From Candidatus Cloacimonadales bacterium (GTDB lineage Bacteria > Cloacimonadota > Cloacimonadia > Cloacimonadales > JAFGVF01): a stretch of DNA of 64,000 nt. The DNA is taken from positions 416,001 to 480,000 of the forward strand of contig CAXXJV010000001.1 in the NCBI GenBank assembly GCA_963663475.2, written 5' to 3'. Under the pieces are notes generated by a model that did not search any database, had not been told where the DNA came from, and saw only the letters and a program-made list of their open reading frames with translations. Below are positions 30,601-39,859 of this stretch, piece by piece (within the stretch, counting starts at the first letter, position 1; each line of letters starts with the position of its first letter). Made by a program: the position numbers and the translations under genes.

Positions 30601-30748
30601 TAGCTACTTTCCATAAATCTCCTCGATAAACAAAAGTTACTTCACTTGCATCTGGTGATACAGCTGGGTCTTTTACGAAATGTGGTTCAAATGCCGCAAC
30701 ATAAATACTCATGATTAGCAAAAACCCTACAATTAAAATCTTCTTCAT
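27662..30748 (-). CDS. Tricorn-like S41 peptidase (beta-propellers, PDZ, protease)
   Basis: PD40-like repeats, GEVNASH, IDVRGNGGG, SFSDAE, TNMEGNGVQPD; signal peptide. Confidence 0.93.
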   Translation of the reverse strand: MKKILIVGFLLIMSIYVAAFEPHFVKDPAVSPDASEVTFVYRGDLWKVAIEGGLASRLTDTDSGISSPKYSPDGQTIAFNYYKDGYNAVYTIPAIGGEITKVSGAGLGLLTWFPDGENILANKYSPRLGSAFYKVSLDESRDVEITPIGGSFPSISQDGNSIIYSDRGDPYREAYRGSTDGELWKYDIKQDKYEKLTDNELTERYPELSKVYPERLYYAKSDGQVFQLFRVNNFDFNNEEQLTDFPTWSVRDISIAQVKDIIAFEKFDEIWIYDDKPERGDKLRKLDIDIRENQDVNSMIRRYVTNGFADFEVSPNDDFVIFNYEYDLFMMPAAGGPVKQITYNQVPYEGIRILSDNKTVVVNGRERGEGKIFKFTIDNPQEIEKIAWSEDYSISGISKSPAGNYIIDYYIDRDRRHIAIADSTFTYFTPIDFNKYDVTEYADRINSRYIAYVEFDMEKRVTYLYLRDTIIQESYLLYNSYKSIYNLTWGKDDKSLFFTESGDIRRIDLRPFDKLADYQDPWEKLLNSSDQVEEKKETGDKLPKDYPELDIDLPGVESRITTIVSHPGYNYILSVVNDSTIYYANSNGSTNLYKSNYQGQNEEKLTTINDRTYFSYNDKSSTYYYNDGSKLNSYNLKTRASGEIKNSFFYEFDLKNLRQQVFKEVWGVFGLSFYDPQMHGVDWDELYEKYEPYLQYCYDEEVLSNIVDEMIGEVNASHTGFSPKYYDSRFSYQIGYIGVEFDLSERLNKGVKLRRLYDGTSLKDYYKLEEGDLILAINDQEITPDVDIYPLFFNIVNRKVKLRVKKQKEEAFDVWIEGFDWSRNYDLEYNDWVNRRREIVNEISDGKLAYLHIRRMNNTAYKKFLEDFWNDNIKKDGFIIDVRGNGGGNISEELVEAIRKRPLSISSYRGWGFRKMKTPARYYDKPIVVLIDEDSFSDAEVFPHLMQEQKLGTIIGMPTSGSVIGTFDIDLFDGSSLRLPRSGWWTLSGTNMEGNGVQPDIRVELTPEDMINDNDRQLKTAIQYLLDK

Positions 30749-30755
30749 TTTATCC

Positions 30756-32027
30756 TCATCTTAAGTTTATTATTTCTTTATTATCATAAAAAGTATCTGA
30801 AACAATTAATGATTCTTTTAATATTTTAAGTCTTACACCATTGCCCAGTTTTCCCTTGCTTTTAATCATTAAAGCATCTCTATTATCAAGATCTATAGCC
30901 TCTTCAACCTTGTTTGATAAAAGTTCTTCTAGCTGTTTAATCTCTTTTTTTATTATAGCAACTTTCTCATTCTGACTATCATTTTCATTAAAATATACCA
31001 GCTCTCGAGTTAAAATCATTAATTGTTGTTTGGTATATGGACTTACACTTATTTCAAGTTCTGAACAAGTATCACCTTCATTTCTTACATCATAGACTTG
31101 AATAAATCTAGAACTTTGAAGGTTGGAAGCAATAACTTTAGCCTCTTTTATTAAGCTAATAGATATTTCTCCTACTAGGCTTGAGTAAAAAACATCACCT
31201 GAAACGGTTAAGTCTTTTCCTGAAAAAACTTTTGAACTTTTTATCTGGCCACATTCAATAGATTGAGGACAAGTAACACCTGCCCCATTACAGTTTTCAA
31301 GACTACCATTGATACTAATGCCATGCTCTCCATAAAGATTACTTTTGAAGACATTACCATTAATTGTTAGCTGCCCAATTACCCTTATATGGCGAACATT
31401 ACTAACATTACCATTAATAGTAAGATTACCTAAAACATAGATATTACCGTAATCCCTATCAATATCATGTTCTATGTATAAATGATTTGTTATATTATAC
31501 TTACCATCACTAGATAAAGACAAGTAGCCACTCTTGCTGGCAATAAATTCTCGAGATTCTAAGTTAAAATCAAGATTATCACCCCGATACTTATCTATTA
31601 GTTTTTTCCTACCTTCAAGGGTTAAGAGGTAGTTTCCATAAACATCTTTTCGAGAAAACATATCTTCATCGTAAGATAATTTCCCTATTGCTGATCCTTT
31701 TTGGACATAGACTAACTTGAAAATATTTGCCTCGTTAATAGGTGTCTTAGCATATAAGAGTTCTTCACTGTCATAATAGAGATCTAGCCTAACCTCTTGA
31801 TCAATTGCTGGAACTTCTGCAATTTTAAAAGGATGATATAATTCTTTCTCTCCTTCTTGATCAATACTAGGAATAAATCCATTGCTTATACCAGCTTTAG
31901 CAATTAAGTCTAAAATCTCATCTTGAGTAATAAAACCATTATCACGCTTAATTGTCATTGTAGCACATAAATGATTTTCAGTAACTTCTATTAAAATATC
32001 TTCTCGATTATTAGTGTATTTTTCCAT
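30756..32027 (-). CDS. DUF342/FapA-like beta-helix protein
   Basis: N-terminal FapA_N-like segment, KDVYGN, ASKSG, GNI...GNLTINGNV beta-helix and coiled-coil insert. Confidence 0.75.
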   Translation of the reverse strand: MEKYTNNREDILIEVTENHLCATMTIKRDNGFITQDEILDLIAKAGISNGFIPSIDQEGEKELYHPFKIAEVPAIDQEVRLDLYYDSEELLYAKTPINEANIFKLVYVQKGSAIGKLSYDEDMFSRKDVYGNYLLTLEGRKKLIDKYRGDNLDFNLESREFIASKSGYLSLSSDGKYNITNHLYIEHDIDRDYGNIYVLGNLTINGNVSNVRHIRVIGQLTINGNVFKSNLYGEHGISINGSLENCNGAGVTCPQSIECGQIKSSKVFSGKDLTVSGDVFYSSLVGEISISLIKEAKVIASNLQSSRFIQVYDVRNEGDTCSELEISVSPYTKQQLMILTRELVYFNENDSQNEKVAIIKKEIKQLEELLSNKVEEAIDLDNRDALMIKSKGKLGNGVRLKILKESLIVSDTFYDNKEIINLR

Positions 32028-32718
32028 CTACTATTCCTATTATTGCTATTTGCCTTTCAGCTGTCTTATCCCTTCTATAAGAATTATAAGAAGTGTTTTC
32101 ATAAGTGCAAACATTACTAGCTATTATATTATTTGCTAAAACTCCACTTTGAACAAGATCTCTTATAATTACCTTCTGCATATCTATATGACGATATTCT
32201 TGGTCTAATTTTGTTATTCTTAGAAAATCACTATAGATTTCTGGTGATACTTGATAGTTAGGTCCACTTATGGCAGGACCTATCATAACTACTAAATCAG
32301 AAGCTAAAACATCATAGTCTTTTATCATAGTCTCCACTAGAACTTTGACAATTCCATTCTTGCTCCCTTGTCTTCCTGAATGGCAACCACCAATAAGATT
32401 CTTCTCTTTAGCATAAACTAAAATAGGACTACAATCAGCTGCTTTGATAACAATAAAAACATTGCATTTATCAGTAATAAAACCATCAACATGACTTACT
32501 TCAGCTTTATTATTTGCAAATCCAGCTCCCAAATCTTCATCTGTAATAATTTTTATATCTGTAGAATGAGTCTGCTCTGCCATAACTAATCTGTCATGTG
32601 GAATAATCTTGTTTCCTAAAAGTATCTGTCTCTTTCCCTCTTTGAGTAAGGAAAGACTGTCTGTTTTATCACCAAAAGAGTAAAAGATGTTTTGATTTAA
32701 TGATTTATTTAACTTCAT
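32011..32718 (-). CDS. pgeF: YfiH/PgeF family (purine nucleoside phosphorylase / peptidoglycan editing factor)
   Basis: EQTHS, ADCSPI, HSG, IGPAIS, CT...SYRR; start codon uncertain (32718 or 32766). Confidence 0.88.
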   Translation of the reverse strand: MKLNKSLNQNIFYSFGDKTDSLSLLKEGKRQILLGNKIIPHDRLVMAEQTHSTDIKIITDEDLGAGFANNKAEVSHVDGFITDKCNVFIVIKAADCSPILVYAKEKNLIGGCHSGRQGSKNGIVKVLVETMIKDYDVLASDLVVMIGPAISGPNYQVSPEIYSDFLRITKLDQEYRHIDMQKVIIRDLVQSGVLANNIIASNVCTYENTSYNSYRRDKTAERQIAIIGIVDGKIH

Positions 32719-32806
32719 GATAATAAACAAAAAAGAATCTCTTTTTTTGTCAATTTTTTTTATCATCTATTAGGCTAAAATGCAGAATGTAAGCCCTAAA
32801 ATGCTT

Positions 32807-32919
32807 TAATCCGAATGGTGGAAAAGAGCTTTAGAGAAGAGTGGAGATTCTTTTTAGCAAAATAGCTTGCAAAAGAATATGGTGCTATTCTCAAAGATCT
32901 ATTGCATTATTGGGTTTAA
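32807..32919. mobile_element. MITE family 1, intermediate-length copy
   Basis: TAATCCGAATGGTG...AGAGCTTTAGAGAAGAGTG...TTCTCAAAGATCTATTGCATTATTGGGTTTAA. Confidence 0.75.
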
Positions 32920-32955
32920 GGATTCAAGAGGAGAAAAAAACTAAGCTAAGAAGTT

Positions 32956-33330
32956 TTATTTACTAATCCACATTCCACATTGGTTAAATTTAAAGCCACA
33001 CTTTTCATAGAAGGCTCTTTTACCCTCAGTATGAGTTAGAAAGAAGTAGGTTCCTTTATACTTTTCTAAAATTCTTAAGATTAGTTGTTTACCAATACCC
33101 TGTTTTTGGTAGTGAGGATGAACAATAACATCAAAGATATTAGTATAGTAATAATCATCACTTATAGCTCTAGCAAATGCTATTAATTTATCTTTATCAT
33201 AACAAGTCACATAGTGAGACTTATTAAAAGCAGGGATAATATCATCAGGATTCTTATTCCAACCTACTGATTTAAAAAGACTTATAACTTCTTCTTTTGT
33301 TAATTGATTATTTTCAAAATAGTGGTACAT
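32956..33330 (-). CDS. GNAT acetyltransferase
   Basis: VHPHYQKQGIG, FYEKCGF. Confidence 0.92.
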   Translation of the reverse strand: MYHYFENNQLTKEEVISLFKSVGWNKNPDDIIPAFNKSHYVTCYDKDKLIAFARAISDDYYYTNIFDVIVHPHYQKQGIGKQLILRILEKYKGTYFFLTHTEGKRAFYEKCGFKFNQCGMWISK

Positions 33331-33401
33331 AATAACTCCTTATGAATAAAAAGTACAATTTTGTTGACTAAATGAAGTAAATTTTCCAAGCTGTAAAAAG
33401 G

Positions 33402-33478
<77 letters not shown>

Positions 33479-33545
33479 GATTTGCTTAGAATGAACAAAA
33501 CAGATAGTTATAAAATTTGTCAAGAAAAAATAAAAAGGAGATAGT

Positions 33546-34094
33546 ATGGAAGTCTATATGACCTTCGTGAAAGAGAATGTTATCTTATCTGCTATCATTC
33601 ACTTCGCTATATTAGGTACCTTTGGGGAGATTCTCTCTAAATGGGTTGTAAATAAGAGTGTTAAGTATCCATTTGCTTTCTTTATGACCATCAAGAAAAT
33701 GGTAATTTGGGCTCTTTTAGGTGTTGCTATAAAATACACATTTGTTGGTTTTGCTGGTAATGCAGGCCATAATGATGGCTTTGTAAATGCTTTAATGAAT
33801 CATAACTTTTTGCCTAAACTAGGGCATGATTCATTTTTGTTTGCTTTCTTTGTATCAGCATTTATGAACTTACAGTTTGGACCATTTTTAGTAATAGTTC
33901 ACCGTGTTTTAGATAATCTAGCAGCTGGAGAGAGTAATTGGAAAGGAATAAACAAAGGCTTATATTGTTTATTATGGTTCTGGATTCCAGCCCATACAGT
34001 TACTTTCTTGATGCCAACAGATCTTCGTATTTTAATGGCAGCTGTCTGGTCTTTAGCCTTAGGAATATTGTTAGGCTATTTTAATCGTAAATAA
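33546..34094 (+). CDS. Membrane protein, Mpv17/PMP22-like
   Basis: About 4 TMs; C-terminal WFWIPAHTVTFLMPTDLRILMAAVWSLALG resembles the Mpv17/PMP22 motif. Confidence 0.6.
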   Translation: MEVYMTFVKENVILSAIIHFAILGTFGEILSKWVVNKSVKYPFAFFMTIKKMVIWALLGVAIKYTFVGFAGNAGHNDGFVNALMNHNFLPKLGHDSFLFAFFVSAFMNLQFGPFLVIVHRVLDNLAAGESNWKGINKGLYCLLWFWIPAHTVTFLMPTDLRILMAAVWSLALGILLGYFNRK

Positions 34095-34108
34095 ATAAAG
34101 AAGGAAGA

Positions 34109-36190
34109 ATGGTTAGTATAGAGGGAGAAATAAAATTTCTGAAAGGGGTTGGTGAATATAGGGCAAAATTACTTAAGAAAGTGGGGGTTGAAACACTGTT
34201 AGATATGATGGAGTACTTTCCCCGAGCCTATATTGACAGAAATGCTGATGTTAAAATTGCTGAGATTGAAAATGATACTAATATAGCCTTAGTTGGTAAA
34301 ATAGTTGATGTCTATGAACAAGCTTACGGCAATAATAAGAAAAAATTACATGCAGTTATTTCAGATAATTCTGATTCCTTAATGCTAACCTGGTTCCGTT
34401 ATCACAAGTGGTTAAGTGATAAACTAAAGATTGGTAAAGAAGTATGGATTAGTGGGAGAGTATCTATCTTCATGAATTCCTTAAATATTGTCCATCCAGA
34501 AATAGAGTTTATTGATGGAGAAGGTGGTGAAGATGATTTTTGGAAGAAGAGACCTCTCCTACCTATTTATAGATTAACAGGTAATTTAACAAATAAAGCT
34601 TTAAGGAAAATAGTATTAAACTGTTTCTCTGAGTATTCCGACTTAATAAGAGAGAATCTTCCACCAAGAATTATTAAAGAGCTTGGCTTAAAAGATAGAA
34701 GATCAGCCTTACAGATTATGCACTTTGCTACTAATGAAGCCTTAGCTTTGCAAACTAGAAAGAGATTTGCCTTTGAAGAACTCTTCTATACCCAAATATT
34801 ACTAGCTAGAACAAAATTCAGACATAAAAAAATTGTGCAAGGTCTTGAATTTAAACTTTTCCATACCTATACCACAAAACTTAAAGAATCTCTCCCATAT
34901 GAACTTACTGGTGCCCAAAAAAGGGTTATTAATGAAATAGTCCAAGATATGACTTCTAAGAAACAAATGAATAGGTTAATTCAGGGAGATGTAGGCTCAG
35001 GAAAGACAATAGTTACTCTCTTTTGTATGCTTTTAGCAGTTGAGAATAGCTATCAAGCTATCATGATGGTACCAACTGAGATTTTAGCCCAACAGCACTT
35101 TCAGACTATTTCAGGATATTTAAGTAACCAGCCAGAACTCAAAATAGCTCTTCTTAAAGGTGGTGTGTATAAGGGTAAAAGTCAGATAAAAGAAGGAATT
35201 AAAGAAGGTAAATTTAACATAATTATTGGGACTCATGCTCTTATTCAAGATGATATTCAATTCTATAAAGCAGGTTTCCTAGTAGTTGATGAACAGCATA
35301 GATTTGGAGTTGAACAAAGAGCTAAGTTATCTCAGAAAATGAACTTTCCTGATATGCTTTATCTCTCAGCAACGCCTATTCCCCGTTCTTTAGCCCTAAC
35401 AGTTTATGGAGACTTAGATGTTTCTCAAATTGACGAATTACCACCCACAAGAAAGCAAGTCAAAACTATCTGGCATGGTCAAGCTAAAAAGAAACACGTT
35501 TATCAAGAAATTGAGAATGAGTTAAAAAAAGGTAGACAGGCTTATGTAGTCTGCCCCCTCGTTGAAGAATCAGAAAAAATGGACTTACAAGATGCTGAAA
35601 CTGTTTTTCAAAGACTTTCACAGGTAGAATTCCCTAACTATAGAGTAGCTCTTTTGCATGGCAGAATGAAAAGTAGTGAGAAAGATGAGATTATGCTGGC
35701 TTTCAAAAATTATGACTATGATATTTTGGTTTCAACAACAGTAATCGAAGTAGGATTAGATGTTCCTAATGCCTCAGTAATGATGATTGAGCATGCAGAA
35801 AGATTTGGATTAAGCCAAATCCACCAGCTTAGAGGCAGAGTTGGTCGGGGTTCAGACCAAGCCTTTTGCTATCTGATAAGTTATCCTCCTATCAGTTCTG
35901 AAGGCAGAGAAAGACTACAAACAATGACAGCCACTAATGATGGATTCTTGATTGCAGAGAAGGATCTAGAATTGCGAGGACCAGGAGACTTCTTTGGAAA
36001 AGAGCAATCAGGAATGCCTCGCTTTAAATTTGCCTCCATAGTAAACGATCAAAAAATCTTACTAGTTGCTAGAGATTTAGCCTTTCAATTAATTAAAGAT
36101 GATCCACATCTAGAAAAAGAAGAAAATAGAATTATCAAAGACTATTATTTTAAAGCATTCTTTGAAAAAGAAAAATTGATAAGATACTAG
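34109..36190 (+). CDS. recG: ATP-dependent DNA helicase RecG
   Basis: QGDVGSGKT, DEQHRFGV, SATPIPRS, HQLRGRVGRG, DLELRGPG. Confidence 0.98.
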   Translation: MVSIEGEIKFLKGVGEYRAKLLKKVGVETLLDMMEYFPRAYIDRNADVKIAEIENDTNIALVGKIVDVYEQAYGNNKKKLHAVISDNSDSLMLTWFRYHKWLSDKLKIGKEVWISGRVSIFMNSLNIVHPEIEFIDGEGGEDDFWKKRPLLPIYRLTGNLTNKALRKIVLNCFSEYSDLIRENLPPRIIKELGLKDRRSALQIMHFATNEALALQTRKRFAFEELFYTQILLARTKFRHKKIVQGLEFKLFHTYTTKLKESLPYELTGAQKRVINEIVQDMTSKKQMNRLIQGDVGSGKTIVTLFCMLLAVENSYQAIMMVPTEILAQQHFQTISGYLSNQPELKIALLKGGVYKGKSQIKEGIKEGKFNIIIGTHALIQDDIQFYKAGFLVVDEQHRFGVEQRAKLSQKMNFPDMLYLSATPIPRSLALTVYGDLDVSQIDELPPTRKQVKTIWHGQAKKKHVYQEIENELKKGRQAYVVCPLVEESEKMDLQDAETVFQRLSQVEFPNYRVALLHGRMKSSEKDEIMLAFKNYDYDILVSTTVIEVGLDVPNASVMMIEHAERFGLSQIHQLRGRVGRGSDQAFCYLISYPPISSEGRERLQTMTATNDGFLIAEKDLELRGPGDFFGKEQSGMPRFKFASIVNDQKILLVARDLAFQLIKDDPHLEKEENRIIKDYYFKAFFEKEKLIRY

Positions 36191-36269
36191 GAAACTTAAG
36201 CAATATTTTATTGACAAAATACCCTTGATTTACAAGCTTATGCTATCTTACTAAAAAAGCAGGAAATCT

Positions 36270-36896
36270 ATGAAAGAGATTAAGGATAAAAGAGAAAGTT
36301 GGGTTGATAAGAAGAAAAAAAAGAAGCGAGAAAGGATTATTAAAGCTGCAATAGAGCTACTTTCTGACAAGGGTTTTGCTAAAACAAAGATTAAAGACAT
36401 TGCCCAAGATGCTGGAGTAGCTGATGGGACAGTTTACACTTACTTTAATTCAAAAGAAGATTTAATGATGAAAGCCCTAACTGAAAGTCTCCATATCAAA
36501 CTTCTAGAAGTCAAACAGATCACTGCTAAAGAGGCTGATGCAAGAGCTAAAATTCTTAAATTTTTTGATATCCATGCAATTGTCTTTACTCAACACCCCG
36601 AGATAGCTAAATTTTTAGTAGAAGATATTCGCCAGATTAAAGAGTATTACAATAAATATCCTGAATATTCAATCTTTGATGAGTATAGGGATTATATGAT
36701 AGAAATCTACAAAGAAGGAATTGATAAGGGTAGATTCCGTGATGTTTCAGCAGAAGCCTTTGCTTTAACTGTAATTGGAGCTATGGATTTTGTCCTAACT
36801 CAATGGGTTTTAAAGAAACACCAATTTGATTTGAGAGCCATGGTCTTTAGAATAATAGATTTAATCCACTATGGTACAGGTAACTTAGATGTATAA
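36270..36896 (+). CDS. TetR/AcrR family regulator
   Basis: IAQDAGVADGTVYTYFNSKEDL HTH. Confidence 0.93.
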   Translation: MKEIKDKRESWVDKKKKKKRERIIKAAIELLSDKGFAKTKIKDIAQDAGVADGTVYTYFNSKEDLMMKALTESLHIKLLEVKQITAKEADARAKILKFFDIHAIVFTQHPEIAKFLVEDIRQIKEYYNKYPEYSIFDEYRDYMIEIYKEGIDKGRFRDVSAEAFALTVIGAMDFVLTQWVLKKHQFDLRAMVFRIIDLIHYGTGNLDV

Positions 36897-37695
36897 TATC
36901 ATTCAAATTTCAGATAATGTAAGCCTTCTCCAAGCTAAAAATTCCTTACTAAATTCAACAGTAATTGAAAATGAAGATGGCCTATTAATTATAGATTCTT
37001 TACTACTTCCTAAAGATAGTAAAGATCTATACCAGTTTTGCCTTGAAAAGAAAAAACCCGTTAAATACATCATCAATACCCATTGGCATAGTGATCATTG
37101 CTATGGGAATAGATTTTTTGATTCCTACAAACCTATCATTATTGCTCAGGAAAGTTTCTGGCAGACTATTGAGTCTGAAAAAAATGTCATTGCCCCCAAC
37201 AAGCCCAATATCATTAATAAAAAGCTCTTACGACTTCCCCATATTACTTTTAGTAAAAGCTTACAGATTCCTGAATTTGATTTAATTATCCAGCATGCAC
37301 CAGGCCATTCCTATGACTCCACAAGAATATATTCGAGCCAAGAAGATATTTATTGGACTGGTGACAACTTGCTTAACTCTAATGATGGGAGAATTGCAAT
37401 TCCTTATTTTTACTGGGGAGATCCCCATGCACACCTAGCTGAATTAAAAAGTCTCTCAGAAAAAAAACCAAGACTAATTATTCCTGGCCACGGTTTGCCT
37501 TGCGGATTAGCTAAGGTCCAAAAAGATATGATTTATCTACAAAATCTCCTATTGCAGTATTCAAAACTAGCTTCTTTATGTTTGGAAGGAGACTACCCAA
37601 GCTTAGAAACTTGTTACCCTAAAGAAGCGGGACAAGACTTTTGGGTTGAAAAAATGCATGACCTTAATCTTGAAAAGCTAAAGATGACTAAATAA
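36889..37695 (+). CDS. MBL-fold metallo-hydrolase
   Basis: THWHSDH, PGHS, GD, IPGHG. Confidence 0.9.
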   Translation: MYNIIQISDNVSLLQAKNSLLNSTVIENEDGLLIIDSLLLPKDSKDLYQFCLEKKKPVKYIINTHWHSDHCYGNRFFDSYKPIIIAQESFWQTIESEKNVIAPNKPNIINKKLLRLPHITFSKSLQIPEFDLIIQHAPGHSYDSTRIYSSQEDIYWTGDNLLNSNDGRIAIPYFYWGDPHAHLAELKSLSEKKPRLIIPGHGLPCGLAKVQKDMIYLQNLLLQYSKLASLCLEGDYPSLETCYPKEAGQDFWVEKMHDLNLEKLKMTK

Positions 37696-37836
37696 CCAAA
37701 TAAATCTCTGGAGAAAATCCGATAAACTATCGGGTTATTTAGCATAAATCCCATAAAAATTTATCACAAAAATTAATATTATTGACAGTTTAGCTAGCTT
37801 CAAGCAAATTGCCTAAAAGTGAATATGGGAGTTAAT

Positions 37837-38733
37837 ATGCCTAAAATTGAAGAACTTAGTATAGTTAAAAATCATTACAGTGGAAAAGTGAGAGATATTT
37901 ACGATTTAGGAGACCTTTTATTAATAGTTACAAGTGACAGAATTTCTGCATTTGATGTGGTCTTCCCTAATGAGATTCCTAACAAGGGAAAAATTCTCAA
38001 TCAAATTTCAGTCCACTTTTTTAAAGAAACAAAATCCATTATCGATAACCATTTTGTTACAGATAATATAGATGAATATCCTGAAGAGTTACATACTTTT
38101 AGAGATGAATTAGAAGATAGAAGTATGCTTGTTAAAAAAACTAAAGTAATCCCTTTTGAATGTATTACCCGTGGCTATATAACAGGATCTGCTTGGAGCG
38201 AATATCAAAGAGGTGGTACTGTAGGAAGCACTCTCTTACCTGAAAACATGAAGGAAAGTCAGAGATTTCCAGAAGTTTTATTTACTCCTTCTACAAAAGC
38301 AGAAGAAGGACATGATATTAATATTTCTTACATGGAAATGTTAGCTAGATGTGATAAAATGATTGCAGAAGAACTTAAAAACAAATCACTTGAATTGTAC
38401 AAATATGCTCATTCTATTATGTGGGAAAAGGGTATAATTCTGGCTGATACCAAGTTTGAATTCGGTGTTATAGGTAACAAAATAATCTTAATTGATGAGA
38501 TTCTAACACCTGATTCTTCAAGATATTGGGATATGGATGATTATGTTGTAGGGCAAACTCCTAAATCATATGATAAGCAATATGTGAGAGATTACATCTC
38601 TGAAACTGCTTGGGATAAAACTCCTCCTGCTCCTCAATTACCATTAGAAGTAATTGAAAAAACTTATGAAAAATACTATAATGCTTACAAAATAATTGTA
38701 GGGGATAAGGCAAAAGTATGGGCTACAAAATAG
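37837..38733 (+). CDS. purC: SAICAR synthase
   Basis: GKVRDIY, SDRISAFD, TPSTKA, ADTKFEFG, LTPDSSR, DKQYVRD; ATG at 37837 after GGGAG. Confidence 0.96.
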   Translation: MPKIEELSIVKNHYSGKVRDIYDLGDLLLIVTSDRISAFDVVFPNEIPNKGKILNQISVHFFKETKSIIDNHFVTDNIDEYPEELHTFRDELEDRSMLVKKTKVIPFECITRGYITGSAWSEYQRGGTVGSTLLPENMKESQRFPEVLFTPSTKAEEGHDINISYMEMLARCDKMIAEELKNKSLELYKYAHSIMWEKGIILADTKFEFGVIGNKIILIDEILTPDSSRYWDMDDYVVGQTPKSYDKQYVRDYISETAWDKTPPAPQLPLEVIEKTYEKYYNAYKIIVGDKAKVWATK

Positions 38734-39092
38734 TAATAGTTGATGATGAAGTTGAAATTACAGATAACCTAAAAGATGACCTTACTGATTTAACAGATGA
38801 ATTTGAAATAAAATGCTTTAACTATGGCTATGATGCTTTGAATGAAGTTTTTCATGGTGATATTGATTTAATAATTAGTGATATAGCCATGCCAGATATG
38901 GATGGCTATGAGCTTTACAACAGGATAAAAGATTATAATAAAGACCTTCCTATTATCATGATGACTGGTTTCGGTTATGATCCAAATCATGTTCTTGTTA
39001 ATATTAAGAAGTTTGAAAAAGTTGAAGTTTTATTGAAACCTTTTGATCCTGAAGAATTACTTGAAAAGATACAAAGACATTTACACAAATGA
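38718..39092 (+). CDS. Single-domain response regulator
   Basis: VDDE, SDIAMPDMDG, MMTGFG, KPF. Confidence 0.92.
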   Translation: MGYKIVIVDDEVEITDNLKDDLTDLTDEFEIKCFNYGYDALNEVFHGDIDLIISDIAMPDMDGYELYNRIKDYNKDLPIIMMTGFGYDPNHVLVNIKKFEKVEVLLKPFDPEELLEKIQRHLHK

Positions 39093-39859
39093 AAGAATTT
39101 GATAAATTAGTGAATATTGTCTCTCGCTTAAGAGATCCAGATCATGGTTGTCCTTGGGATCTAAAGCAAAATAGCAAGACCTTAATTAGTGGCATGATTG
39201 AAGAAGTCTATGAAGTAGCTGAAGCAGTAGAATCAGAGAATCAGACTGACCTGCAAGAAGAGTTAGGAGACGTTTTACTACACATCATCCTACAGGCTCA
39301 AATTGCTAGTGAAGAAGAATCATTTACTATAAAGCAGGTTATTGAAGGAATAAGTAGCAAGCTAGTTAGACGTCATCCTCATATTTTCGGAGATGTTAAA
39401 ATGTCTGACCCTCATTTGGTTAAAGAACGCTGGGAGCAGATTAAACTTGCCGAAAAACAAGAAAGAGAGTCTGTGTTAGATGGAGTTCCTCAAGCTATGC
39501 CTGCTTTATTACAAGGTCAAAGACTGCAAGAAAAAGCTGCTTCAGTAGGATTTGATTGGCCAGATATCGAGCCTGTCTTTGCTAAAATACAAGAAGAGAT
39601 AGGAGAAGTAAAGGCTGAAATCCTCAATAATAATCACGAACAATTACAAAATGAAGTAGGTGATCTCCTATTCTCAGTTGTTAATTTAGCAAGAAAACTC
39701 AAGATTGATTCAGAATTGGCAATGAAAAGTGCTAATCGTAAGTTCAGTTCAAGATTCAAGAAAATTGAAAACGAACTAAAAAAAACAGGGAGTAAAATCA
39801 ATGAAAAATCTTTGGAAGACTTGGATAAAATCTGGGATAGTGTCAAAAAAACTGAATAG
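39089..39859 (+). CDS. mazG: Nucleoside triphosphate pyrophosphohydrolase MazG
   Basis: GCPWD, EELGDVLL, RRHPHIF, GFDW, EVGDLLF. Confidence 0.96.
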   Translation: MKEFDKLVNIVSRLRDPDHGCPWDLKQNSKTLISGMIEEVYEVAEAVESENQTDLQEELGDVLLHIILQAQIASEEESFTIKQVIEGISSKLVRRHPHIFGDVKMSDPHLVKERWEQIKLAEKQERESVLDGVPQAMPALLQGQRLQEKAASVGFDWPDIEPVFAKIQEEIGEVKAEILNNNHEQLQNEVGDLLFSVVNLARKLKIDSELAMKSANRKFSSRFKKIENELKKTGSKINEKSLEDLDKIWDSVKKTE

